Positions 39,349-48,145 of a stretch of 64,000 nt of DNA are shown here, in pieces. Source of the DNA: Pseudoruegeria sp. (lineage in GTDB: Bacteria; Pseudomonadota; Alphaproteobacteria; Rhodobacterales; Rhodobacteraceae); contig JBDWMA010000032.1 in the NCBI GenBank assembly GCA_039972875.1, positions 54,727-118,726 on the forward strand. Reading direction: 5' to 3'. Position 1 is the first letter of the stretch. The number at the start of each line of letters is the position of its first letter. The notes under the pieces are model-generated. The model saw nothing but the letters and a program-made list of their open reading frames with translations, ran no database searches and was not told where the DNA came from. The position numbers and the translations under genes were made by a program.

Positions 39349-41091
39349 ATGATTAAATTAGTAAAGATTGCGGCATTTCTCATTGCCGTCTTAACCCCTC
39401 AACTCTCTTTGGCTCAATCCAGTTTTTGGGTTCAGGTTGAAGCTCAACCCAATCTACGTAAAGCACAAGAACGCGCCCGTGCCTATGCGGGGGCATTTGA
39501 GGATGTAAACGGCTTTGCCATTGGATCCGGATGGTATGCCATTGCCATGGGCCCCTATACTGAGGACATCGCCCAACTACGCCTCCGCGCGTTGCGCCGC
39601 GAAAACCTCGTACCCCGCGACAGCTATATCGCCAGCACCGGCGATTTTCGTCAACAGTTTTGGCCCATCGGTGGAAGCGCTCTGCGCCAACCGTCTTTGA
39701 CGACAACGCCCACACTGTCGGAACCCACCGCACCCGTAGTCCCGGTCGTTATTGCAGATGAAACACCGCGTCAGGCCCGCCAAAGCGAAAGCAAACTTAA
39801 ACGCAGCGAAAAACGCGAGTTACAGAGTGCCCTAAAATGGGAAGGTGTTTACACTGCTGGCATTGATGGTTCTTTTGGCGCAGGCACCCGCCGCGCAATG
39901 GAGGCTTATCAAATTTCTATTGGTGCCCCGGCTACCGGCGTTCTTACCACTAAGCAACGTGATACATTGATGTCCGCCTATCAGGCAGAAGTCACGGCGC
40001 TTGGCCTCACTCAAGTGATCGATGACACCGCACTGATCCAAATCGATCTCCCTATGGGTGAAGTTGAGTTTGACCGCTATGAAGCCCCTTTTGCGCATTA
40101 CGCGAGTAAAAACAAAAACAGCGCTGCCCATGTCCTGTTGATTTCTGAGCCCGGCGACAGCAACACATTGGCCGGATTGTATGACATCATGCAGACGCTG
40201 GATATTGTCCCCCTTGAAGGAGAGCGGAAGCTGAGCCGCAACAGTTTTGTTCTAAGCGGTTCAAATGATCGTCTGCAATCTTATACGTATGCACGGCATT
40301 CAGAAGGCGTGATCAAGGGGTACACCTTGATTTGGCCCACCAATGAAAGCCGCCGTAAGGATAAGATCCTTGAAACGATGAAGGCGAGCTTTACGCCTTT
40401 TGGGGACGCCGCGATGTCCCCCACACGAGGCGCGCGCAACAGCGATCAAGCTGTGGACCTTCTGGCAGGGTTAGAAATTCGCAAACCTACACTGTCCCAT
40501 TCCGGCTTTTACATCGATAACAAAGGCACTGTCCTCACCACCGCAGCGATTGTGGGAGCTTGTGAACAGGTGACCTTGGATCAAACCTATCTGGCGGAAA
40601 TCAGCAGCGTCAACGAAGCGCTGGGAATCGCAATTCTAAAGCCGAAAGAACGTATATCGCCGATCGCTTATGCAGCATTCGACCTGACCCCCCCACAGTT
40701 GAAATCGGAAATCGCGGTGGCCGGCTATTCCTATCAAGGTCTATTGGGCGCCCCTACCGTGACCTATGGAACCTTGGATGATTTACGCGGCCTTGCTGGG
40801 GAAACGGGGCAGCAACGTCTGGCCCTGAACGCCCTGCCCGGTGATTTTGGCGGCCCCGTATTTGACACTGGTGGCGCTGTTGTCGGGATCCTGTTGCCCC
40901 AGCCCGATTTGGGTGCGCGCAAACTTCCTCCAGAGGTTAGTTTTGCGGCAAAATCAGGAGCAATCAATCAAGCTCTAACCGCCAATGGTGTGAAGCTGTC
41001 TCAGGCCCGCGGGATTAGCGGACAGATGGACCCAATCGACCTTTCGGGATTGGCAGCAGATATGACGGTTTTGGTGTCCTGCTGGAACTAA
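39349..41091 (+). CDS. Secreted SPOR + peptidoglycan-binding + trypsin-like (triad-substituted) protein
   Basis: Signal peptide is MIKLVKIAAFLIAVLTPQLSLAQ. Next comes a SPOR-like block (FWVQVEAQPNLRKAQERA...GWYAIAMGPY), then PG_binding_1 (LQSALKWEGVYTAGIDGSFGAGTRRAMEAYQ). The C-terminal S1-like fold has LTTAAIV, LGIAILK and GDFGGP at the catalytic positions. Confidence 0.75.
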   Translation: MIKLVKIAAFLIAVLTPQLSLAQSSFWVQVEAQPNLRKAQERARAYAGAFEDVNGFAIGSGWYAIAMGPYTEDIAQLRLRALRRENLVPRDSYIASTGDFRQQFWPIGGSALRQPSLTTTPTLSEPTAPVVPVVIADETPRQARQSESKLKRSEKRELQSALKWEGVYTAGIDGSFGAGTRRAMEAYQISIGAPATGVLTTKQRDTLMSAYQAEVTALGLTQVIDDTALIQIDLPMGEVEFDRYEAPFAHYASKNKNSAAHVLLISEPGDSNTLAGLYDIMQTLDIVPLEGERKLSRNSFVLSGSNDRLQSYTYARHSEGVIKGYTLIWPTNESRRKDKILETMKASFTPFGDAAMSPTRGARNSDQAVDLLAGLEIRKPTLSHSGFYIDNKGTVLTTAAIVGACEQVTLDQTYLAEISSVNEALGIAILKPKERISPIAYAAFDLTPPQLKSEIAVAGYSYQGLLGAPTVTYGTLDDLRGLAGETGQQRLALNALPGDFGGPVFDTGGAVVGILLPQPDLGARKLPPEVSFAAKSGAINQALTANGVKLSQARGISGQMDPIDLSGLAADMTVLVSCWN

Positions 41092-41115
41092 GCTCTTTCA
41101 ACACGCTCTCAATTC

Positions 41116-41550
41116 CTAAGAGGCCTGCCAGCACATTTTAATGTCTGGCAGGCCTTCTTCATTGTCACCCTGGGTACCACCCACCGCACAGAACCCCGCT
41201 TTGTGATAAAACGCTTTGGCTGGTTCATTCTGCGCAAGTATCCACAACTCTAGCTTCGTGCGATCCTGCATGGCCAATTGCAATAATCCGGAACCAAAGC
41301 CCGAACGTTGAACAGCGGCATCAATATACAATGCCGTAACCACGTCATGATCCCGCAAACAGAACCCGACGACCTTGCCGTCTTGGCGCAGGGCAACCCA
41401 CCCCTCAATTGCGGCAATTCGATGAGCAAAAAACGCGATCATGGACGCTCTGGAATGCAGCATTGGCATCCAATCCGTCTGTGCGATCCAGTCCCTAAGG
41501 ATATCAACACAAACCGATGCATCGTTTGGACAGGCTGTTCGATATTTCAA
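41116..41550 (-). CDS. GNAT-family N-acetyltransferase
   Basis: 144 aa with a GNAT core around QRSGFGSGLLQLAM...AKAFYHKAGF. Confidence 0.8.
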   Translation of the reverse strand: MKYRTACPNDASVCVDILRDWIAQTDWMPMLHSRASMIAFFAHRIAAIEGWVALRQDGKVVGFCLRDHDVVTALYIDAAVQRSGFGSGLLQLAMQDRTKLELWILAQNEPAKAFYHKAGFCAVGGTQGDNEEGLPDIKMCWQAS

Positions 41551-41554
41551 CGGT

Positions 41555-42220
41555 TTACGACTTTGCCAACGCTAACAAAGCCTGGACATGCAGCTCCAAT
41601 GCGTCGACAACAACATACCCCGGATCATGTCCCCCAAACACAAGGCCTAGGTCTGTCCCAGCCAACAGCACAGCAGTGGCCCCTTGCTGCAAAATCATTT
41701 CAGCCCCAGCCTCAAAGAACAACGCCCTTTGGGCGTCTGAACAAATGCCGCTCATCGCGACGTCCATATAGGCCTCACCCAAATTGACTGGGTCTGTCGG
41801 GCGCACGACCTCAGGCGAATTTAACATCCCAAACAGGGCTGTTTTCAAAACCGGTGGGCTTCCTAATAGCCCAAGTCGTTTGATGCCCTGCTTGCGGCAA
41901 TGCTCATCAATTACGTCTATTCCGTTCAGCAAAGGCACGGCGGAATCTACGGCTGTTTCAGCAAAACAGAAATGTCCTGTGAGGGCCGTGATCAAGGCGA
42001 TATCACATCCCCCGGCCTGCAGTTGACTCAGATGATCTGAAAACACCGCAGCTTGTTGGATTCGTAAATCCTGCGACGCATTTGCAGTCAGAACAGAAAT
42101 ATCCGCATGCGTTATTGTCAATTTCAGAGGTACAGCAGCCTTGGCAAAGCTCGAGACTAGTCGCTGATAATAGGCAATTGTTGCTGCGGGACCGATCCCA
42201 CCAATAAGGCCAATGTGCAT
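41555..42220 (-). CDS. Aspartate/glutamate racemase family protein
   Basis: GGAGG lies 5 nt before ATG 42220. Begins MHIGLIGGIGPAAT. Confidence 0.8.
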   Translation of the reverse strand: MHIGLIGGIGPAATIAYYQRLVSSFAKAAVPLKLTITHADISVLTANASQDLRIQQAAVFSDHLSQLQAGGCDIALITALTGHFCFAETAVDSAVPLLNGIDVIDEHCRKQGIKRLGLLGSPPVLKTALFGMLNSPEVVRPTDPVNLGEAYMDVAMSGICSDAQRALFFEAGAEMILQQGATAVLLAGTDLGLVFGGHDPGYVVVDALELHVQALLALAKS

Positions 42221-42244
42221 GAATGCCTCCAAATTATTGCAGGA

Positions 42245-43693
42245 TTATCCCCGCCAGAATTGTCGTGTAAAGATCGCAAATACGGCCAGTAATTCAAGCC
42301 GCCCAATCAACATCGCTGCGCATAATAGCCATTTGGCAGTATTGTTCAGGCTAGCGAAATTCCCAGCGGGTCCGATTTCCCCGCCCAAACCGGGGCCGAT
42401 ATTCCCGATGGCCGTCGCCGCCCCAGACACCGAGGTGATGAAACTAAGACCCGTCATGCCTAACAGGACCGAAAACACACCCAGCGTCAGAAAGAACAGG
42501 ATAAAGAACGCCATAACTGACCCAAGCACGTCTTCACTGACCTTGCGTCCATCATAGCGGGGCACAAAAACACCGTGAGGGGAATGGATTCTTTGAATTT
42601 GGGCTTTGATCGCGGAAAACAGAATTTGATAACGAAAAATTTTGACTGAACACGCGGTGGAGCCCGCGCACCCCCCGATCAATCCGACAAAAAACAACAG
42701 CACGACCGGAAACGTCCCCCAAAGCATGTAGTTTTCAGAGGCATATCCAGTTCCGCTCAGTACGCTGACGACGTTAAATAAAACATCGCGAAAAGCCGTT
42801 TCTGCTGGCAATGCGTCATGGGACATTCGCCAGATGGATACCACCAATACCAATATGAAAATTACAACAAAAAATACGTGTACTTGGGTGTCTTTAAACA
42901 AGGGTTTTGCCGTACCAGACAACACTTGCACGTATCTTACAAACGGTAAGGCCGCTAGGATCATAAAGACACTGGACACATATTGGACACCGGGCCCAAA
43001 TGCCCCAAACGAGCTGTCGTAATTGGCAAACCCACCCGTAGCGATTGTGGTCATAGCATGGACCAGCGCGTCAAAGTTTCCCATGCCCATGCCGATGTAG
43101 GCCAGCATACAAATAACGGTTAGCCCAAGATAAATCACCGAAATGCTTGAGGCAATTTCAGTGGCCCGTGGCAGGATTTTTCCCATTGTGTCAAAGGATT
43201 CAGAGCGGAAGATTTGCATCCCCCCAATGCGAAGTTCCGGAAGGAACACCATAGCCACAACAATGATCCCAATTCCGCCAAACCATTGCAACATACCTCG
43301 CCAAAGCAACAAACCGCGTGGCAAAATCTCTATCCCGTTCAGGACTGTTGACCCGGTTGTGGTTAACCCCGACATGGCCTCAAAAAACGCATCAACGATC
43401 GTAGATTCCGTAGCACCAAACAGAAACGGAAAGCAGCCAAAGATGGGCAATGCCAGCCAAACCCCTGTGGTCAAAAGGAAGGTTTGCTGAATGCTCAGTC
43501 CCTCTCCGACGCCGTTCACGCAAGCCAGCGCCATCAACCCACCAAAAAACACTGTCAGAACAGCACTTTTAAGAAACGTCTGCCATTCGCCATTTTCTGC
43601 GACAATGTCAAAGGCCATTGGAATCAACATAGTTAACCCAAGACAGGCAACCAAAAGTCCAATGACATATCCAACGGGGCGTAGATCAAACAT
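42245..43693 (-). CDS. trkH: TrkH-family potassium uptake membrane subunit
   Basis: Start at MFDLRPVGYVIGLL, a typical TrkH N-terminus. It is polytopic and contains repeated GT(T)G pore-loop segments (LTTTGS, LSGTGY) characteristic of TrkH-type pores. Confidence 0.9.
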   Translation of the reverse strand: MFDLRPVGYVIGLLVACLGLTMLIPMAFDIVAENGEWQTFLKSAVLTVFFGGLMALACVNGVGEGLSIQQTFLLTTGVWLALPIFGCFPFLFGATESTIVDAFFEAMSGLTTTGSTVLNGIEILPRGLLLWRGMLQWFGGIGIIVVAMVFLPELRIGGMQIFRSESFDTMGKILPRATEIASSISVIYLGLTVICMLAYIGMGMGNFDALVHAMTTIATGGFANYDSSFGAFGPGVQYVSSVFMILAALPFVRYVQVLSGTAKPLFKDTQVHVFFVVIFILVLVVSIWRMSHDALPAETAFRDVLFNVVSVLSGTGYASENYMLWGTFPVVLLFFVGLIGGCAGSTACSVKIFRYQILFSAIKAQIQRIHSPHGVFVPRYDGRKVSEDVLGSVMAFFILFFLTLGVFSVLLGMTGLSFITSVSGAATAIGNIGPGLGGEIGPAGNFASLNNTAKWLLCAAMLIGRLELLAVFAIFTRQFWRG

Positions 43694-43776
43694 GATCGCA
43701 GGCTTGGACAGGGGGCCGCCGGGTGTCAAGCAGGCGAAGGTGTTTCCCCCCTAAAGCTGTGACCTGAAAAGCAGGG

Positions 43777-44880
43777 TTATCCGACGTGAAACAACGTATT
43801 AAACAATTTCGGATCAAGGCTCTCATTCACAAATGTGTCGCCCTCGGTCAGCACACTGACCGCATCATGGCTGTGCAGGCTTTCCTGATGGCTTGCAATA
43901 ATACGGAAATCACCCACCCGTTCATCAGCGAGCAGTTGTTCAGAGAACAAACGCGCCGCGTCTTCCACAAAAATGGGGTTTGCTGCGTTCAACTCTGCAA
44001 AGGCCTGCTCATCTTCGCGCTTTACCATCACTTGCGTTTCGGTGGGCACCGCGACACGACACAATTCGATTAGATCCTCAAACCACAAGCAGTCCGCCTC
44101 ATCGTGCATATGTACCGAAATCCGAGCCACAGACCGCTGCGAATGCGGTGTCGCAAGCTGATCACGAAATTGACGGGCATGTTCAGACAGTTCAAGGGAA
44201 CAGGGGCACGTCGATGAATACACATAATCCAAATGCATAATCTGTTTGCGAATACCGTCCTGCTCTACCAATTCCAACGCAATATCGTAGTATTGAAATC
44301 CATCAAGTCCCGACCGGAGAGAATGCACTTTTAACGGGAAAGAAAACCTCATCAAAATTCTGGCATCAAAACTCTCGAGATCAGATTTATAGTCATCCAG
44401 AGCCGATTTAATCACCTCAAAGCTGAATGTACGCTCTGAATGTTTGTAAAATGTGCGCATGATTCGGGACATATTTATGCCCTTTTTCTCCGCCTCGAGG
44501 CTCACCGTTCCGGTGACAGAAGTCTCAAGCGTGACGTCGCCATTGTCCCGAGAATGAAAGCGGATCGGTAGTCGAAAATTAGAAATCCCCACATGCTGGA
44601 TTGGCCTAAGTGCGCCTTTAATCAGGCTTTCAGGCCCATTCTGCAAATCTGGAAGGCTCGCTTTATAGGCCTCATCTACAGTGAACTCTTCTGGATAAGC
44701 CCTTGCCAGCGCAGGGTAATTAGACGCCCCCTCCTGAGGAAGCAGTCGCGAGACAGAAGGGTCAAGCTCTGCGACCTCAGTGACAGAGGCATTTGTCGCC
44801 CATTCCTTGAGCGTGGCCAAAGCCCGTTCCGCCTCTTCGCGGGTGGGCGTTTTATGCGTTTCGGGCACTTGAATGTTCAT
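43777..44880 (-). CDS. folE2: GTP cyclohydrolase IB (FolE2 type)
   Basis: GGAGG lies 6 nt before ATG 44880. The conserved STCPCS block is present. The N-terminal extension is longer than the approx. 260-300-aa forms I remember. Confidence 0.8.
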   Translation of the reverse strand: MNIQVPETHKTPTREEAERALATLKEWATNASVTEVAELDPSVSRLLPQEGASNYPALARAYPEEFTVDEAYKASLPDLQNGPESLIKGALRPIQHVGISNFRLPIRFHSRDNGDVTLETSVTGTVSLEAEKKGINMSRIMRTFYKHSERTFSFEVIKSALDDYKSDLESFDARILMRFSFPLKVHSLRSGLDGFQYYDIALELVEQDGIRKQIMHLDYVYSSTCPCSLELSEHARQFRDQLATPHSQRSVARISVHMHDEADCLWFEDLIELCRVAVPTETQVMVKREDEQAFAELNAANPIFVEDAARLFSEQLLADERVGDFRIIASHQESLHSHDAVSVLTEGDTFVNESLDPKLFNTLFHVG

Positions 44881-44927
44881 CACCATCCTCCACTTGCGTC
44901 GTCGCAGACCACTAAGCTAGGCAGTTT

Positions 44928-44966
44928 GTCGCATATTTCCAATGGTTTCCTTGGATAATATGCGAC
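44928..44966. other. 39-bp near-perfect hairpin between metZ stop and folE2 start
   Basis: GTCGCATATT...AATATGCGAC gives a 10-bp perfect outer stem. An inner TCCAA/TTGGA stem has an 8-nt loop. No U-run follows on the minus strand. Confidence 0.8.
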
Positions 44967-44976
44967 ACTTGGTGTT

Positions 44977-46155
44977 TCATAATGCCGCCAATGCCCTCTT
45001 TAGATCGGCAATCAAATCCTCTGGATCTTCGAGCCCAATAGACACTCGCACCAAAGCATCCGAAATGCCCAGCGCGTCTTTTTGCTCCTGCGGAAGGCGT
45101 TGGTGCGTGGTCGTCGCCGGATGGGTGACGATGGATTTTGAGTCCGCGAAGTTGTTTGAGATGATGAAAATTTCCAGCGCATTCAGGAACCGAAAACACG
45201 CGTCCTTTCCGCCTTTGATCTCTATTGCGAGGACCGTCCCGCCTGAAGGTGCCTGTTCAATGGCAATATCATATTGCGGGTGGCTTTTATGAGTTGGGTA
45301 GGACACCCGTATTAGGCTTTCATGCCCGATAAGCGCTTCAACAACCCTAAGAGCACTCGCTGATTGCGCACGCACGCGCAGATCCAGCGTTTCAAGAGCC
45401 TTTAGGTGGGTCCAAGCCGCAAAGGGGTTAATCGCCCCTCCCGTGTGTTTCATATAAGCTTCGATCGGCCCTCGGATCAGGTCTCTGGAACCGCAAATGG
45501 CCCCACCAAGCATCCGCCCCTGCCCGTCTACATGTTTGGTCGTGGAATACACAACAAGATCCGCGCCCATGTCAGCGGCATAAGAGAACACAGGCGTGAT
45601 CATCGCATTGTCAACAACGACCAAAGCGTCGTGCTTATGGGCAACGTCAATGACATATTGCAAATCGATCACTTCGAGCGTTGGATTAGAGATCGATTCT
45701 AGAAACACCAACGTCGTATCAGGACGGATTGCAGCATCCCATGCAGCTTTGTCCGTGCCGTCAACCAACGTGATTTCAACACCAAAGCGTGCTAAGATGT
45801 CCTCAAGCACATACAAACAAGACCCAAACAGCGCCCGTGATGATACCACGTGGTCACCGGCCTTTGTCAGCGCCATTAATGCGCCATTAACCGCCGCCAT
45901 GCCCGATGTACAGGCAAACGCATCTTCGGTGCCTTCAAAGGCCGCAATGCGGTCTTCGAACATCCGATTTGTTGGGTTGCCATACCGCGCATAGATAAAT
46001 TCATCTGGACCGCTATTTTCAAACCGCGCCTGGGCGGCCTCCGCGGTTGGATAAACAAACGCCTGAGTCATGAACATGGCCTCAGATAGCTCACCGAATT
46101 GGCTGCGCCGGATGCCTCCGTGAATGGCCTCGGTCCGCTTACCCCATTTTGTCAT
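44977..46155 (-). CDS. metZ: O-succinylhomoserine sulfhydrylase
   Basis: Cys/Met-metabolism PLP family with PLP-Lys context YSTTKHVDGQG. The start was moved to ATG 46155 (SD GGGAGA) because a terminator hairpin with a U7 run occupies the ORF-track N-terminal extension. Confidence 0.85.
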   Translation of the reverse strand: MTKWGKRTEAIHGGIRRSQFGELSEAMFMTQAFVYPTAEAAQARFENSGPDEFIYARYGNPTNRMFEDRIAAFEGTEDAFACTSGMAAVNGALMALTKAGDHVVSSRALFGSCLYVLEDILARFGVEITLVDGTDKAAWDAAIRPDTTLVFLESISNPTLEVIDLQYVIDVAHKHDALVVVDNAMITPVFSYAADMGADLVVYSTTKHVDGQGRMLGGAICGSRDLIRGPIEAYMKHTGGAINPFAAWTHLKALETLDLRVRAQSASALRVVEALIGHESLIRVSYPTHKSHPQYDIAIEQAPSGGTVLAIEIKGGKDACFRFLNALEIFIISNNFADSKSIVTHPATTTHQRLPQEQKDALGISDALVRVSIGLEDPEDLIADLKRALAAL

Positions 46156-46173
46156 TGTCTTATCTCCCGACAT

Positions 46174-46210
46174 AAAAAAACCCCCACCGCCAGTTACGAG
46201 CGTCGGGGGT
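46174..46210 (-). terminator. Intrinsic terminator (attenuator) in the metZ leader
   Basis: Minus-strand RNA is ACCCCCGACGC-UCGUAACUG-GCGGUGGGGG UUUUUUU. It lies immediately 5' of the coding region. Confidence 0.65.
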
Positions 46211-46230
46211 ACGTCACAGCGCATCCCAGA

Positions 46231-46285
46231 CCTCTTTAGCAGCATATTTAACGTGGCCCGCAATCCGGTAAACAAATCGCCACGG
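46231..46285 (-). promoter_or_regulatory. Candidate SAM-II-like riboswitch aptamer (H-type pseudoknot)
   Basis: RNA is CCGUGGCGAUUUGUUUACCGGAUUGCGGGCCACGUUAAAUAUGCUGCUAAAGAGG. P1 is CGUGGC/GCCACG. A U-rich loop could pair with the downstream A-rich tail. It resembles my memory of the metA/SAM-II consensus (GAUUU, UUGC, CCACGUUAAA, GCUAAAG). Not verified with a covariance model. Confidence 0.5.
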
Positions 46286-46412
46286 TAGCTGTTGGATAGC
46301 CTTGCACAAGCAAATGGTCAAGATCTGTCACGGTGGAGTAACTTAATTTTCACCACTCTGTCGTAAGTATTAATCAACCTGCTCTCATCGTTTTTCGGCG
46401 CAGAGCTTTGAA

Positions 46413-47357
46413 ATGCCACTACATACGATAAACACACAAGACGGGCGTCTAATGCGCCCCGATGCGATAGATTTATGCGCAAAAGACATCGGTGACATTC
46501 TGGCGACGTCGTCAGGCGGGCCAATCATTGTCATGATTCATGGCTACAAATTTTCGCCCTTTGCGGTGAAACATGATCCGCATCGACACATCTTGGCAGC
46601 GCATCCCGACCAAGACAGCTTTAAAGCCATATCGTGGCCCAAACACTTGGGCGGATTGTCTCAAACACAAGACGAGGCTCTTTGCATTGCTTTTGGCTGG
46701 CCTGCACGTGGTTCTATCTGGTCCGCCTACCGAGAGGCGACAATAGCGGGGGGTGCTCTTTCAAAGCTGATATCAATGTTAAAGGATCAGACGAAACGTC
46801 CAATTGATGTCATCGCTCACAGCCTTGGAGCTCGGGTGTTTCTAGAGGCAACGCGTATTGCACTGGAGTCTTCTGTGGAACGGGCTGTCTTGATGACGGG
46901 GGCAGAATTGCGACAACAGACACTTTTGGCTTTGCAGAGCGAAGCCGGAAAATCGGTACAAGTTTTAAACATTATCAGTCGAGAAAATGATCTATATGAT
47001 TGGATGCTTGAAACAGCGCTAGACCCATTGAACCTACAGTCGAGGTCTTTGGGGCATGGGCTGGAAGGGCAAGTCCCTAACTGGTTGGATTTGCAGCTAG
47101 ATCATCCTGATGTGATAGCAGGTCTTGGCCGGATCGGATTTCCAATATCGACATCAAATCGGCGGATCTGTCACTGGTCCAGCTATCTGCGCCCCGGAGC
47201 GTTCCCGCTATATCGCGCTTTTTTCTCAGAACGTACCCGCGTATCTCTCGACAACCTTCGCCCACAACTTCCACAAACACTTACACCACGTTGGTCCAGA
47301 CTGATGGCTGTCCGCCTGCCACAGTTGCCACGGACAACACCTGCACTGCGCCCATGA
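46413..47357 (+). CDS. Alpha/beta hydrolase of unknown function (DUF900-like)
   Basis: Features are IVMIHGYKF and nucleophile elbow AHSLG. The start is uncertain; ATG 46452 is an alternative. Confidence 0.6.
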   Translation: MPLHTINTQDGRLMRPDAIDLCAKDIGDILATSSGGPIIVMIHGYKFSPFAVKHDPHRHILAAHPDQDSFKAISWPKHLGGLSQTQDEALCIAFGWPARGSIWSAYREATIAGGALSKLISMLKDQTKRPIDVIAHSLGARVFLEATRIALESSVERAVLMTGAELRQQTLLALQSEAGKSVQVLNIISRENDLYDWMLETALDPLNLQSRSLGHGLEGQVPNWLDLQLDHPDVIAGLGRIGFPISTSNRRICHWSSYLRPGAFPLYRAFFSERTRVSLDNLRPQLPQTLTPRWSRLMAVRLPQLPRTTPALRP

Positions 47358-47387
47358 CCACCTATCTGAGCACACAGACTCCTGCCG

Positions 47388-48071
47388 TTAGTCTGCGGAA
47401 TTGGCGCGCCGCAACTGTCGTAACCGTTCCCTTTGCGCGGCTTCGACATGGGCTCGCATTGCGGCCTCTGCGGCCTCTCCATCCCGTGCGTGCAGCGCAT
47501 CTAATACATGTTTATGCCCAACAACAACGTCTTTGGCGCGCTCAAGGTTCAACAAAGTACTTGGCCCCAGAATCAGCAAGGTCACTTCTAATCCGATCAT
47601 AGATTGAGCGAGATATCGGTTCTTTGCTGCATTTGTGAGGGTCCTATGGAATTGCCTGTTGATGTCATAGGCTTTGCGCGGGTCATCTATCGCCCCAACA
47701 AAGTCTCGGTGAATTTCTTCGAGTTCCGACAACTCAATATCAGAAGCCGCCCGCGCAGCCATGCGGGCTGCGGTCCCTTCCAGAACGACCCGCATGTCAT
47801 ATAGCTCCATCACCTCTGCGTAATCCAATTGACGCACTGTTGCCCCAACACGCGGTATATGACGCACCAACCCGCTGACTTCCAATTGCCGGATCGCTTC
47901 CCGAACCGGCGTTCGACTAATACCTAGTCTTTTTGCCAATTCGGTTTCGGTCAGCCGGTCACCCGGTTTCAGACTACCGGCTCGGATCTCTGCCAAGAGA
48001 CGATCATAAGCGCTTTGCCCCTGGCCCATGTTTTGACCAAAATTCGGATTGGTTTCTGAAGATTTCTTCAA
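47388..48071 (-). CDS. GntR-family regulator, FadR/FCD subfamily
   Basis: HTH region is LAKRLGISRTPVREAIRQLE, followed by a helical FCD-like C-terminus. Confidence 0.85.
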   Translation of the reverse strand: MKKSSETNPNFGQNMGQGQSAYDRLLAEIRAGSLKPGDRLTETELAKRLGISRTPVREAIRQLEVSGLVRHIPRVGATVRQLDYAEVMELYDMRVVLEGTAARMAARAASDIELSELEEIHRDFVGAIDDPRKAYDINRQFHRTLTNAAKNRYLAQSMIGLEVTLLILGPSTLLNLERAKDVVVGHKHVLDALHARDGEAAEAAMRAHVEAAQRERLRQLRRANSAD

Positions 48072-48145
48072 CTTTCGCTCCGCTTGTCATCTTGCATACA
48101 TCTGGATACAAAGGGATTCTATTCAGGTCAACACAGAAGCACACA

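Noticed and set aside
44928-44966. dif-like XerCD site, because of the GCGCATA-like arm (GTCGCATATT)
   Set aside because: The arms are separated by 19 nt and form a hairpin. dif has 11-bp arms around a 6-bp core.
47933-48145. N-terminal extensions in the ORF track (AbrB-like gene here; also 20850..21050 for the aminotransferase, 46156..46275 for metZ and 11379..11429 for the repeat protein)
   Set aside because: The extensions overlap neighbouring genes or leader structures, and their sequence is not protein-like. Internal ATGs with SD sequences fit better.
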